DNA of 32,000 nucleotides. Origin: Candidatus Thalassarchaeaceae archaeon (GTDB lineage: Archaea; Thermoplasmatota; Poseidoniia; Poseidoniales; Thalassarchaeaceae). The DNA lies in NCBI GenBank assembly GCA_045568075.1, contig JBJLBP010000001.1, forward strand, positions 120,001-152,000. Reading direction: 5' to 3'. The notes beneath the pieces are model-generated. The model saw only the letters and a program-made list of their open reading frames with translations. It was not told the DNA's origin and ran no database searches. Position 1 is the first letter of the stretch, and the number at the start of each line of letters is the position of its first letter. A program made the translations under genes and the position numbers. Positions 14,982 through 23,498 of this stretch are shown here, one piece after another.

Positions 14982-16553
14982 TCAGTCGCCGCGAGCGCTG
15001 ATGACCTGATCGATTCGAAGCATACTCATCGCCGTCTCGACTGAGGACTCTAGCCCTTCCTCGATAACCGCCCGTGGATGCCATACGCCTGGAACCTCTC
15101 CAACCTCTCCATCGGCCTTGATTCCAATAGCCGGACCGTCCTCTCGAGCAGCAGCGCGCATTTCGAGAACGGCGTCAAGCGAGTCTTTGCCAGCATTGTC
15201 GGCGAGTGTTGCCATGATTGTCTCCTGTGCGCGCGCGAAGGCATCCATAGCCAGCCGTGCGCGCCCCGACTCGTTCTCACTAGCCTTGCGAACAGCATGT
15301 GCAATTCGGGCGTGTGAGGCCCCTCCTCCAGCGAGCAGTTGTCCGTTTTCGAGAGCAATGCTGGTAGCTCGTAATGCATCGTGAAGACCTCGGATAATCT
15401 CCTCAGTAGCGGTCTCCCCAGCACCACCGATTGCCAATGTGACGGCGCCCGGATTGTTGCAATCATCGATGGTGATGATATCCTCGACTTGGTCGGTCGC
15501 CTGTCGGCGCTCCCAACGAACGCTACCAGCCAAACCGAGATCGCTCGCTTCGATATCTAACACTGAATCGAGGACTGTCGCTCCAGTCGCAGCAGCAGCA
15601 TTTTCCAACTCGGATTCATCGAGTTCGGGGACGGCTAGAATTTTCGCATCTGCCAAATCATGCAGAATATCGCGGTCAATCTCGCCGCCAGCAAGAATCA
15701 GATTCGCTCCAGAGTCAATCAGCGCCTTTGCCAACTCGCTCTTTCGCTCGCTCTCAGCCTCGACGAATCCATCGAGCTGTTCTGCAGAAGTAATCTGAAT
15801 CTCGGCGGTGCGAGTCATCTTGCGAATCTTGACATCGCCGCCGATAACAACTGTCCGAGCATTCACCAAATCATTCGGCAAGGAATCCATCAGAACTCGG
15901 CGGCGAATAGCAACACCACGAATCAAATGACTATCGCGGAGTCCTCCTGAGCCGATCTTGAACATCGCTACATGCTCGGCTCCGGGCTTGTCGACGCTTT
16001 CTTCAACCGCAGTCAAAGCGTCGCGCACCATCGGTGCGAAAATATCGATTGCAGCCTCGGTTCCCTTACCGGTCAAGGCGGTTTCAGCGACGCCTAAAAG
16101 ACGCTCCTCATCGACATCAACAGCGTCGCTGTCCATCTGTTCGGAAGCAACCGCCATCGCCGTTCGATAGCCGTCAACGAGAGTAAGTGGGTGAAGTCCT
16201 TTGGAGAGTAAATTGTTGGCTTCTTCGAGAAGAGCACCACAGAGCATCATCGTCGTTGTGACGCCGTCTCCGCATGCCTCTTCCTGGGTATTGCCCATCG
16301 CCACCATCATCTTAGCAGCGGGATGTTTGACCATCAACTCGGCTACGATTTTTGCTCCATCGTTGGTCACCGCGGTCGAACCATTGGTTTTGTAGAGCAT
16401 CTTATCGAGGCCCCGTGGGCCATAAGTTGGCTTCAGAAGATTCGAAAATACGCGTGCTGCTGAAATGAGCTTTTCCTGAACGGCCGTGCCACTGGTTACG
16501 CTGGTCTCCTCACTGACCACGACCACCGGAGGCTTGCCTGCTTCCTCGCTCAT
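14982..16553 (-). CDS. ths: Thermosome subunit (group II chaperonin)
   Basis: 'LKPTYGPRGLDKML', 'VTNDGAKIV', 'EEACGDGVTTTMML' and 'AGGGASHARIA' are group II chaperonin motifs. I trimmed the start to the ATG at 16553 ('MSEEAGKPPVVVV'); the track start at 16718 overlaps the upstream gene. Confidence 0.95.
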   Translation of the reverse strand: MSEEAGKPPVVVVSEETSVTSGTAVQEKLISAARVFSNLLKPTYGPRGLDKMLYKTNGSTAVTNDGAKIVAELMVKHPAAKMMVAMGNTQEEACGDGVTTTMMLCGALLEEANNLLSKGLHPLTLVDGYRTAMAVASEQMDSDAVDVDEERLLGVAETALTGKGTEAAIDIFAPMVRDALTAVEESVDKPGAEHVAMFKIGSGGLRDSHLIRGVAIRRRVLMDSLPNDLVNARTVVIGGDVKIRKMTRTAEIQITSAEQLDGFVEAESERKSELAKALIDSGANLILAGGEIDRDILHDLADAKILAVPELDESELENAAAATGATVLDSVLDIEASDLGLAGSVRWERRQATDQVEDIITIDDCNNPGAVTLAIGGAGETATEEIIRGLHDALRATSIALENGQLLAGGGASHARIAHAVRKASENESGRARLAMDAFARAQETIMATLADNAGKDSLDAVLEMRAAAREDGPAIGIKADGEVGEVPGVWHPRAVIEEGLESSVETAMSMLRIDQVISARGD

Positions 16554-16604
16554 CGGCCCGCCGACCGAAGAGTCCGTCAAGAACCCTTGCGAATAGTACT
16601 GTAT

Positions 16605-16619
16605 GCTGAATTTTTCAGC
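16605..16619. other. Perfect hairpin GCTGAA-ttt-TTCAGC spanning the stop codon of the ATPase gene
   Basis: Read directly. It lies between the ATPase 3' end and the thermosome start. A role as terminator or processing site is unproven. Confidence 0.2.
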
Positions 16620-17988
16620 GTCGTCCGCGTTTTTGCTTCCTGCCGCCCTTGCGCTTTCCGCTGCCGTGCTCCCATTGCCTGCCGGAGCGAGAGCGCCATT
16701 CATCGCTGTCGTTTCCACCCCACGACTCGCGCTCGACCTTCTTTCTCAGGGCTCGAGGGAGCTCTGTTACTGATTTTACATTGAGTTTGATACGGCCCAG
16801 ATCCTTTTCGAGGGAACGAATAGCATCGCCGCCTGGGCCGACCATGGCACCAATTGCTGAATCGTCGACATAGATGTCGGCAGATGCATCGGTGAGGAAT
16901 TTTGCGTGAAGTACTGAGATCCCTGTGAGTCGGGTCGCCTCGCGCTTGAGTTCTTCCGCTGCGAGGCGCCATGCGGGGCTGCCGCCTTCGCCAGCTGCTC
17001 CACTGACTGGAACTACTGCAATTTCCGAGCCGAAGGCGAACATTTCGTGAGTCAACTCGCCGCTCGGGAATCGCTTGATTTCGATGACCGGGCGGCTGAG
17101 ATCTGATTCCATTCCAGTTGGAGCACGTACTACCATCTTGAGTTCGAGAACCTCGCTTACCTTGCCCTTCTCGATGTTGATTACTGTGTCTAGAACTTGT
17201 GAAATGAGTCCGAGTTCGACCTTACCTACGAGCCTCTGGATGGCTTCCAGTGCGCTATTTGCGTGGGTCACACCGAGTAATCCTACACCGGCGAGGCGGA
17301 CATCTCCGAAAATCTCGAAGTCGCGGGCTCGGCGAACCTCGTCAAAGATGACGAAATCTGGTCTGACGAGGAAGATGACTTCTGCTGTCTTCTCCAAATC
17401 ACCTTCGAGGGGAGCGTATTGTGTAACGCGCTGAGGGACTTGCAAATCTCTTGGTGCTTCCATAGTCTTGACCATCGCACCCACCGTCTCGTCAAGGTGC
17501 GCTGCAATCGCCTGAGCGAAGGTCGTCTTGCCGCTTCCTGGCTTGCCGACGACGAATACACCACGATGGTGATCAGATAGACGCCCCACAAGTTCGTCTT
17601 GTAGTTCGTAATCGCTGAGTTTGAGGTGTGCCACCGGTCGCACAACTGTGATTTCCCAAGCCTCCGAGAATGGTGGCCAAGCGCAGGTGACTCGTAAATC
17701 TCCAATCTGCATGATTCGACAGCCCTCGCGCTCGATTTCGATGAAACAATCCGAGCGCGCTTCGTGCTGCTCAATCACCATCATCAACTCCTCAGACAGA
17801 CTCTCAAGAGCTGGTTTGTCCCAGATATCCTTGGAAACTTCCTCTAACCGGAGAGCGCTGATGTGTCCGGCCTTCACTCTTGGAGGGCATTCCGCCTTCA
17901 GGAAAACCGTAGACGCCGTCTCATCAGCGAGCAGATTCTCGAGCGAATCAGGAAGTGGAGGGTGGTCGCCGAAGGTTGCCATATTCAT
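16615..17988 (-). CDS. COG1855-type archaeal ATPase (PilT-like P-loop NTPase with C-terminal KH domain)
   Basis: Walker A 'VVGKPGSGKTTFAQ' and Walker B-like 'DFVIFDEVR'. 'WEITVVRPV' is typical of this family. The KH-like segment is 'IGAMVGPGGDAIRSLEKDLG'. The protein ends in the basic tail 'GKRKGGRKQKRGRR'. Confidence 0.85.
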   Translation of the reverse strand: MNMATFGDHPPLPDSLENLLADETASTVFLKAECPPRVKAGHISALRLEEVSKDIWDKPALESLSEELMMVIEQHEARSDCFIEIEREGCRIMQIGDLRVTCAWPPFSEAWEITVVRPVAHLKLSDYELQDELVGRLSDHHRGVFVVGKPGSGKTTFAQAIAAHLDETVGAMVKTMEAPRDLQVPQRVTQYAPLEGDLEKTAEVIFLVRPDFVIFDEVRRARDFEIFGDVRLAGVGLLGVTHANSALEAIQRLVGKVELGLISQVLDTVINIEKGKVSEVLELKMVVRAPTGMESDLSRPVIEIKRFPSGELTHEMFAFGSEIAVVPVSGAAGEGGSPAWRLAAEELKREATRLTGISVLHAKFLTDASADIYVDDSAIGAMVGPGGDAIRSLEKDLGRIKLNVKSVTELPRALRKKVERESWGGNDSDEWRSRSGRQWEHGSGKRKGGRKQKRGRR

Positions 17989-17991
17989 TCC

Positions 17992-18318
17992 TCAATTGAG
18001 AACATTAACGCACCATCGTACAAACATGGTACCAGCAAAGGCAACTCCGAGAGATGCACCGATTGGGTATCCAAGCGTTCCAGTGTATACGGCGTACTGC
18101 GCCAATGTCAGTGCGGTCACAGTCGCCATATCAAGAAGTGTTGAGTTGTCCCATCCTGACTCCTTACGGATGTGGTTTCGGCCAGTCCAAGTAAACCAGA
18201 GAAGAGCAACCGTACCGACGATTAACGCGTGGCCAACTACCCACCCCAGAGAGTCGCCGAAAGTCGCTACAATGCTGTCTTGGAAGTCTCCGAAGACCGC
18301 CGATGCGAGGTCGAACAT
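17992..18318 (-). CDS. Hypothetical small membrane protein (about 3 TM helices)
   Basis: Hydrophobic segments 'LGWVVGHALIVGTVALLWFTW', 'MATVTALTLAQYAVYTG' and 'IGASLGVAFAGTMFV'. Its stop lies 3 nt before the ATPase start, so co-transcription is likely. Confidence 0.6.
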   Translation of the reverse strand: MFDLASAVFGDFQDSIVATFGDSLGWVVGHALIVGTVALLWFTWTGRNHIRKESGWDNSTLLDMATVTALTLAQYAVYTGTLGYPIGASLGVAFAGTMFVRWCVNVLN

Positions 18319-18359
18319 GGAACTCCGAGCCGCCTATCGTTCTTCAATCAACGGGCGAT

Positions 18360-19712
18360 TCATTGACGGATGATGCGCCGAATCTCATCGAGATCGGCGC
18401 GTGCGGAGATGGGGGCATTTACGCGCCGTGATTCAATTCCTTCGAGTTCTCCGGCATGGTAATTCACTACTATATCGGGATCTTTCAACACATTACCTGT
18501 GAGAATCCCGACGACGCGCTCGTCAGAACCAATAACTCCCTCTTGGACAAGACGACGAATACCTGCAACAGTGGCGCAGCTAGCCGGTTCTGCACCGATT
18601 CCTGCAGCGTCAACAAGCGCCTTTGCATCCATTATCTGGTCATCATTCACCTCTGTCACGACACCGTTCAGAGCCTCGAGGCCTCGCATTGATTTACGCC
18701 ATGAAACCGGATTTCCAATCTTGATGGCAGAGGCGATTGTATCGGCCTTCACAGGTTCGACGTTCTGGCCACCGAGCCATGCCGTATACAGCGGATTGGC
18801 GCCGGCTGCCTGAACAACAGCCAATCGTGGCAGCCGATCAATGATACCAAGTTCCAGCAGCTCGAGTAATCCCTTCGAGATTGCAGTGTTGTTGCCGAGG
18901 TTGCCGCCTGGGAGCACTATCCAGTCAGGAACTTGCCAGTCCAGATCTTGCATTATCTCGAATCCTATTGCCTTCTGACCCTCGATGCGGAACGGGTTGA
19001 TTGAGTTCACTAGATAGATGCCTTCGCTCGCGCAAACATCCTGAACAAGCGCCATTGCGTCGTCAAAATCACCCTCGATTTGAATCGTCTTAGCGCCATA
19101 CGCGAGCGCCTGACTTAGCTTTCCGAAAGCAATCTTACCTTCAGGGATGAAGACGATGGCGTCCAAGCCAGAAATCGCTGCATAGGAAGCCATCGAAGCA
19201 GAGGTATTTCCTGTTGATGCGCAAGCAACAGCACTCATTCCTAGGCGTTTTGCAACGGTGATTGCAGTGGTCATTCCGCGATCTTTGAAGGAACCTGTTG
19301 GATTCTCTCCCTCATGCTTGAGCCACAGATCTTCAACTCCGACTTCGCTCCCAATCGCACTCGCATCGTACAACTGAGTCGAACCCTCGCCACGTGCTGC
19401 CGCTGCCGCCTCTAGCACTTCATCGGGTAGCGGGAGGATTAGTTCGCGGAATCGCCAGACTCCCGAACGGTCGAGAGGTGCTTTGGAGGCGAGGCGAGCA
19501 TCGAGCACCTCTCGGGTCAAATTGCACGCGGATAAGTCGTGGATTACGTCAAGCGTGCCGGAGCAATCGCAACGGTATCGTGGGTCAAGGCCGGGGTAAG
19601 TGGCATCACACCTAACGCATGCCAGATGCCATGCAACCTCGCTACCCATCGTGGAGTCGAGTATGACGGCTTGATTTGAAACCCATCGAGCCGGACTCAC
19701 CGATGCAGACAT
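18360..19712 (-). CDS. thrC: Threonine synthase
   Basis: PLP-lysine motif 'GENPTGSFKDRGM'. N-terminal Zn-ribbon-like 'CVRCDATY...YRCDCSG'. Also 'ACASTGNTSAS'. The start may be the internal ATG at 19649 ('MGSEVAWHLACVRC'), which would open a divergent promoter gap. Confidence 0.93.
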   Translation of the reverse strand: MSASVSPARWVSNQAVILDSTMGSEVAWHLACVRCDATYPGLDPRYRCDCSGTLDVIHDLSACNLTREVLDARLASKAPLDRSGVWRFRELILPLPDEVLEAAAAARGEGSTQLYDASAIGSEVGVEDLWLKHEGENPTGSFKDRGMTTAITVAKRLGMSAVACASTGNTSASMASYAAISGLDAIVFIPEGKIAFGKLSQALAYGAKTIQIEGDFDDAMALVQDVCASEGIYLVNSINPFRIEGQKAIGFEIMQDLDWQVPDWIVLPGGNLGNNTAISKGLLELLELGIIDRLPRLAVVQAAGANPLYTAWLGGQNVEPVKADTIASAIKIGNPVSWRKSMRGLEALNGVVTEVNDDQIMDAKALVDAAGIGAEPASCATVAGIRRLVQEGVIGSDERVVGILTGNVLKDPDIVVNYHAGELEGIESRRVNAPISARADLDEIRRIIRQ

Positions 19713-19718
19713 AGCGAA

Positions 19719-20963
19719 TTGGCCCGACGCAATGGTGTGAATGAGCGCAGGCGTAGGCTATTGGTCGTCAAGGCGGCGATGACCGTCTATGGTGGCGCAG
19801 CACGCGATTTGCTGCGAAATCTTCCGGCTATTGCTGAGCAATTCGAGGTTCGATTTCTTTGCCTAAACCTACGTGATTCGCAGCGCTCTCTAATTGAATC
19901 GATAGGGGTCGAAGTCCTTTGCCCGGAGCAACATTGGGAGGCTGAAGGCGGCCTGTGGAACGAGATCGTCGCGGGTCAGGAACGTAGTGCAGCGGCTGCA
20001 TGGCGAGCATTTGCTCCAGCTGCCGAAGCAATCGAGTGGGCCGATGCGATTCATCTGACCGGCGGGAATGGTTCGATGGAGTTTCCAGCCCTAGTTCCCG
20101 CCGACAAGCCAATGCACTTGCATTTCCTTGAATCAAAACCAGGTATTCATGATGATATCAGCCACCTGAAGCCGGATGGCAGTGGTGGATGGCGCCCGCG
20201 CCTCTTGCATATTCTGCAAAGACGGCAGCGGGCGCGAATCGAAGCCTCATTCCGAGGCTTCGGCAACAATCCAAACTGGATAGTAAGTGCCAACTCCTCC
20301 TTCTCTGCCTCGAATCTCAAGCGAATCTACAACATTGATGGAGGAGTTCTACATCCTTCTGTAGATCTCTCAGAGTTCCCTCGCGAGCCGAGTTTTGGAG
20401 AGACTGCGGCATACGAAGCCGCAGGAGTTGGTGAGGTTGGAACGTATGCTGTGACAATCGGGCGGATTTCGAGGTTCAAGGGAACTTACGAGACGGTCGA
20501 GCACCTTGTCGGAAGCGGTCTCGAACTTGTCGTCATCGGCGGTGGTTCCGCCGATGATATCGAGTCACTACAAGCCTATGGAGAACGAAACGGAGTTACT
20601 GTTCGAGTTCTCTCTGGACTTTCATCAGAAGCCATGCGCGCTATCATGCGTAACGCCGCGGCAGTAGTCGGATTGGCTCATGGCGAGGCCTTTGGATTGA
20701 CACCAATCGAAGCGATGGCTCTTGGTGTTCCGCCTATCTTCGTCAATGAGGGAGGCTATCGAGAGACTGTAGTTGACGGTAGTAATGGGCGGCTCATTGA
20801 ACGGGGCGACCTCGAATCGTGGAAGGGCGCGCTCGCACAAGCAACCGATCCGACAACTCGGAGCGCTTGGACTGAAGCAGGACTGGCCCGTATCGAAGAA
20901 CTCGGTCTGACACCGGACAATCACGCACGCCGACTCGCGCAGCGAATCGCTTCACTGTTCTGA
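19719..20963 (+). CDS. Glycosyltransferase, GT4 (GT-B fold) family
   Basis: C-terminal 'GEAFGLTPIEAMALGVPPIFVNEGGYRETV' is the E-x7-E GT4 signature. The N-terminal 'LLVVKAAMTVYGGAARD' is typical. TTG start at 19719, with an alternative GTG at 19737. Confidence 0.88.
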   Translation: MARRNGVNERRRRLLVVKAAMTVYGGAARDLLRNLPAIAEQFEVRFLCLNLRDSQRSLIESIGVEVLCPEQHWEAEGGLWNEIVAGQERSAAAAWRAFAPAAEAIEWADAIHLTGGNGSMEFPALVPADKPMHLHFLESKPGIHDDISHLKPDGSGGWRPRLLHILQRRQRARIEASFRGFGNNPNWIVSANSSFSASNLKRIYNIDGGVLHPSVDLSEFPREPSFGETAAYEAAGVGEVGTYAVTIGRISRFKGTYETVEHLVGSGLELVVIGGGSADDIESLQAYGERNGVTVRVLSGLSSEAMRAIMRNAAAVVGLAHGEAFGLTPIEAMALGVPPIFVNEGGYRETVVDGSNGRLIERGDLESWKGALAQATDPTTRSAWTEAGLARIEELGLTPDNHARRLAQRIASLF

Positions 20964-21677
20964 AGTGGGGCGCTGGTCATCGAATTCGTAGCCTAGATTG
21001 TCTATTTCCCAAGCACATATCTCAGCTATTCGAGCGATTGATTCATCATCATAAATCAACGAATAGTGATCTTTCGTTTTACGCGTCCCCGACTTCGCTC
21101 GTGGTAGAGAAATCTCGGGAAGTCCCAATTCGGCTAATGCAGCGGTCAGATCGGTATCGAGATTCTCGTAGCGGACGAATCGGTCGACCGCTGCTGCACC
21201 ATCAATCGTGAAAATATCGTAATCACTCAGAATATCTGATGGCGTCTCGCGGACAAAATCCGCGAAGCTAGTACCTTCTTTCAGTTGATCTGCATCGGGG
21301 CGGTTCTTACGCCAGAAGTAGAGTGAAACCGCCCGATCCCATGGATTTCGCACAACACAGAACTTTCGGTAAGAATCGAATGACTGTGCCCCTATCCTTT
21401 CACGAATCTCACTAGCAGGGGCATGGTTGTAATGCCTCACGACATTCTTGCCGAGTAAACGACGAACGATTCCAGAAATCCCATTCTCTTGTATGCGTAC
21501 CTCAAAATTCTGAGGACCACGGTGGCCGAGATCGCGCCGGATTTGCTCATCCACTTCGTCAATCGGAGTAATCACGTCATCCGGCCCACAGTGTTGAGCG
21601 AGGGCGATCTCGATGCTCGTACCCGCTGTCTTTCGGGTCTTGACGAATACGAACCTGTGCTGGTGAGAGACAATCAT
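20952..21677 (-). CDS. Sulfotransferase family protein
   Basis: The N-terminal 'FVFVKTRKTAGTSIE' resembles the 5'-PSB (PAPS phosphate-binding) loop of family-2-type sulfotransferases ('F.h.pKtgGTS'). 'VVRNPWDRAVSLY' resembles the 3'-PB region. The 3' end overlaps the GT4 3' end by 12 bp in convergent orientation. Confidence 0.75.
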   Translation of the reverse strand: MIVSHQHRFVFVKTRKTAGTSIEIALAQHCGPDDVITPIDEVDEQIRRDLGHRGPQNFEVRIQENGISGIVRRLLGKNVVRHYNHAPASEIRERIGAQSFDSYRKFCVVRNPWDRAVSLYFWRKNRPDADQLKEGTSFADFVRETPSDILSDYDIFTIDGAAAVDRFVRYENLDTDLTAALAELGLPEISLPRAKSGTRKTKDHYSLIYDDESIARIAEICAWEIDNLGYEFDDQRPTSEQ

Positions 21678-21756
21678 GTGGGGTTTGCGGTTTCGTGCTC
21701 ATCTGTTTAACCATGACTGGATGGAATGATAGCGAAGACTGGCTTCGATTCAAACA

Positions 21757-22704
21757 ATGGCTTACACCGAGGTCGATCCAGAGGCTGCGGCTGCCATCCT
21801 GAAATCGGCTGGCTGCGCACCACTTTCGGCCGTCCAAAGCATATCGGGAGGTTGGGCAAATTCGAATTATCTGCTGGAACTTGAAGACGGAGAGCGTCTT
21901 GTGTTGAAGATCTGGGATGAACGCTCGCCTAAGGAAGTCAATCGGCTCAATTCCCATCTCGAACTAATCGCCTCGCACGGGGTACCTACACCAGTTCCTT
22001 TGCTGCTTGAAGGAGGAAGTAGAATGCTGGAAGTCGATGGCCGAGCTTGGATGCTGCTGCCTTTTGTCGATGCACCATGGCTGGCCGGCGACCGCTCTTC
22101 AATGAAGCATCTTGGCGAGTTGATGGCTCGGCTACATTCGATACCAGATGATGGGACCTTCATTTCGGAATATACGATGGGAACTGACGTTTGGCCTGAA
22201 TTGTTTGAGAGAGCAGAGGCAGAGAATACTTGGTCGCCGTTTTTGCGCGAGTTGGAAGCAGAATTGGCACGACTGCCGAATCTATTGCCTGCGGGCTTAC
22301 CACGTGGAATTATTCATGGTGATTTGTTTCAAGATAATGTTCTCGCGAGCGATGGAGAAGTGAAGGCCGTTCTCGATTTCGAGGATGTGTGCATCAATGT
22401 GCTCGCGAGCGATTTGGTGGTGGCCTTCATCGGTTGTGGCTGGGAAGACGGAGTGCCTGTTGAGGAACGCTGGACTGCGCTGCTCGAGGGTTACGAATCC
22501 GTGCGTCAGCTGAGTGAAAACGAACGAGCTGCGCTACCTGAATTATACTACTACGCGACGCTTTCGGTTGCGGCTTGGCGATATCGAAAATTCAGAATGG
22601 AAGTCACCGGGACTGAACACTCTGACCGCTACAAGTTGATGACTGAGAGATTGGATATTCCACTACCATTCTTAGGCTACCAGCCGAGAGGTGGTGCTAG
22701 ATGA
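21757..22704 (+). CDS. Protein-kinase-fold phosphotransferase (APH/ChoK family), resembles type II homoserine kinase
   Basis: 'SISGGWANSNYLLELEDGERLVLKIWDE', Brenner/catalytic motif 'IIHGDLFQDNVL' and 'VLDFEDV' parallel type II ThrB ('HADLFRDNVLF', 'IDF'). Family confidence is high. Substrate confidence is moderate to low. Confidence 0.8.
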   Translation: MAYTEVDPEAAAAILKSAGCAPLSAVQSISGGWANSNYLLELEDGERLVLKIWDERSPKEVNRLNSHLELIASHGVPTPVPLLLEGGSRMLEVDGRAWMLLPFVDAPWLAGDRSSMKHLGELMARLHSIPDDGTFISEYTMGTDVWPELFERAEAENTWSPFLRELEAELARLPNLLPAGLPRGIIHGDLFQDNVLASDGEVKAVLDFEDVCINVLASDLVVAFIGCGWEDGVPVEERWTALLEGYESVRQLSENERAALPELYYYATLSVAAWRYRKFRMEVTGTEHSDRYKLMTERLDIPLPFLGYQPRGGAR

Positions 22705-23168
22705 GTGCTGTAGTACATTCAATCAACATCAGCACCGAAGGAGGCGTTCCCAAGATGCCAATCAGCAAAGCAGAGGTTCGTTTTGCTGGAGTAGAGGGCG
22801 ACTTCAATCGCTTTCGAACTGAGAAAAAAGAAGGGGTTGGCAGCCGAGCAGTCACCCTATTCTCATTAGAGAGAATTCATCAATTGCAGAAAGAAGGTCA
22901 CGCGATTGGTGTTGGAACCACTGGTGAAAATATCACTGTAGAAGGTATTGATTGGGCTTCGCTATCTGTAGGAACTCGAATGATGGTTGGAGACGCAATG
23001 CTGGAACTCAGCGAGCCGACGGCCCCCTGCAGCAAAATTGGCAAGTCATTTATTGACGGCGCTTTTTCAAGAATTGATCACGATATGGAAATTGGTTGGT
23101 CTCGATGGTGTGCTTCGGTAATCGAAGAAGGGCATGTCGAAGTTGGTAGTCAAGTCATCATAATTTGA
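22701..23168 (+). CDS. MOSC domain-containing protein
   Basis: 'VEGDFNR', 'GENITVEGIDW' and 'LELSEPTAPCSKIG' (conserved Cys) are typical of YiiM/MOSC proteins. The ATGA overlap with the upstream stop suggests translational coupling. Confidence 0.8.
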   Translation: MSAVVHSINISTEGGVPKMPISKAEVRFAGVEGDFNRFRTEKKEGVGSRAVTLFSLERIHQLQKEGHAIGVGTTGENITVEGIDWASLSVGTRMMVGDAMLELSEPTAPCSKIGKSFIDGAFSRIDHDMEIGWSRWCASVIEEGHVEVGSQVIII

Positions 23169-23236
23169 AGGGAGCTCAATGCGAGCCCACCTATGTCGTA
23201 GGTGCCTAGGGATACATCCAGAGGACGATTAGAAAG

Positions 23237-23321
23237 TGGTGCAGAGGACAGGATTCGAACCTGTGAAGCACTACGCACTGGGACCTCATCCCAGCCCCTT
23301 TGACCGCTCGGGTACCCCTGC
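23237..23321 (-). tRNA. tRNA-Leu(GAG): tRNA-Leu (anticodon GAG), class II with long variable arm, genomically encoded CCA
   Basis: Hand-folded reverse complement: GCAGGGG TA CCC-GAGCGGTCAAA-GGG G CTGGG-AUGAGGU-CCCAG UGCGUAGUGCUUC ACAGG-UUCGAAU-CCUGU CCUCUGC A CCA. The acceptor stem has 7 bp including one G:U. U33 is present, the anticodon is GAG and position 37 is G. The T-loop is canonical GGTTCGAATCC. Total length is 85 nt. Confidence 0.9.
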
Positions 23322-23498
23322 TTGGGAATTGGGCGACCGACAACGCCTATTTCAGAATGGCGAAGCGGGCTGGGCGCCCAATGTTGCAGACTGTAGAGAG
23401 CCGATTGGACTCTTACTCCATAGCTACTCAGCAGTGAGTGAATTTCTCCAATTCTATCATTTAGGCAATTTGATACCTGTACACTCTCCAAGAGGGGT

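Noticed and set aside
14935-15084. Long N-terminal extensions in the track for purH (to 15084), thermosome (to 16718), dnaG (to 8186), redoxin (to 4641), the PLP enzyme (to 27411), the SOUL protein (to 31112) and enolase (to 1300).
   Set aside because: Each extension overlaps the upstream gene or adds non-conserved residues before a canonical family N-terminus. An in-frame ATG at the expected position exists, which I verified by locating 'cat' on the plus strand.
13652-16395. Antisense or off-frame ORFs inside purH and the thermosome gene, for example 13703-14023, 13974-14369, 14555-15001, 15050-15466 and 15439-15798.
   Set aside because: The same GC-rich shadow-ORF signature applies. The purH and thermosome frames carry unmistakable conserved motifs.
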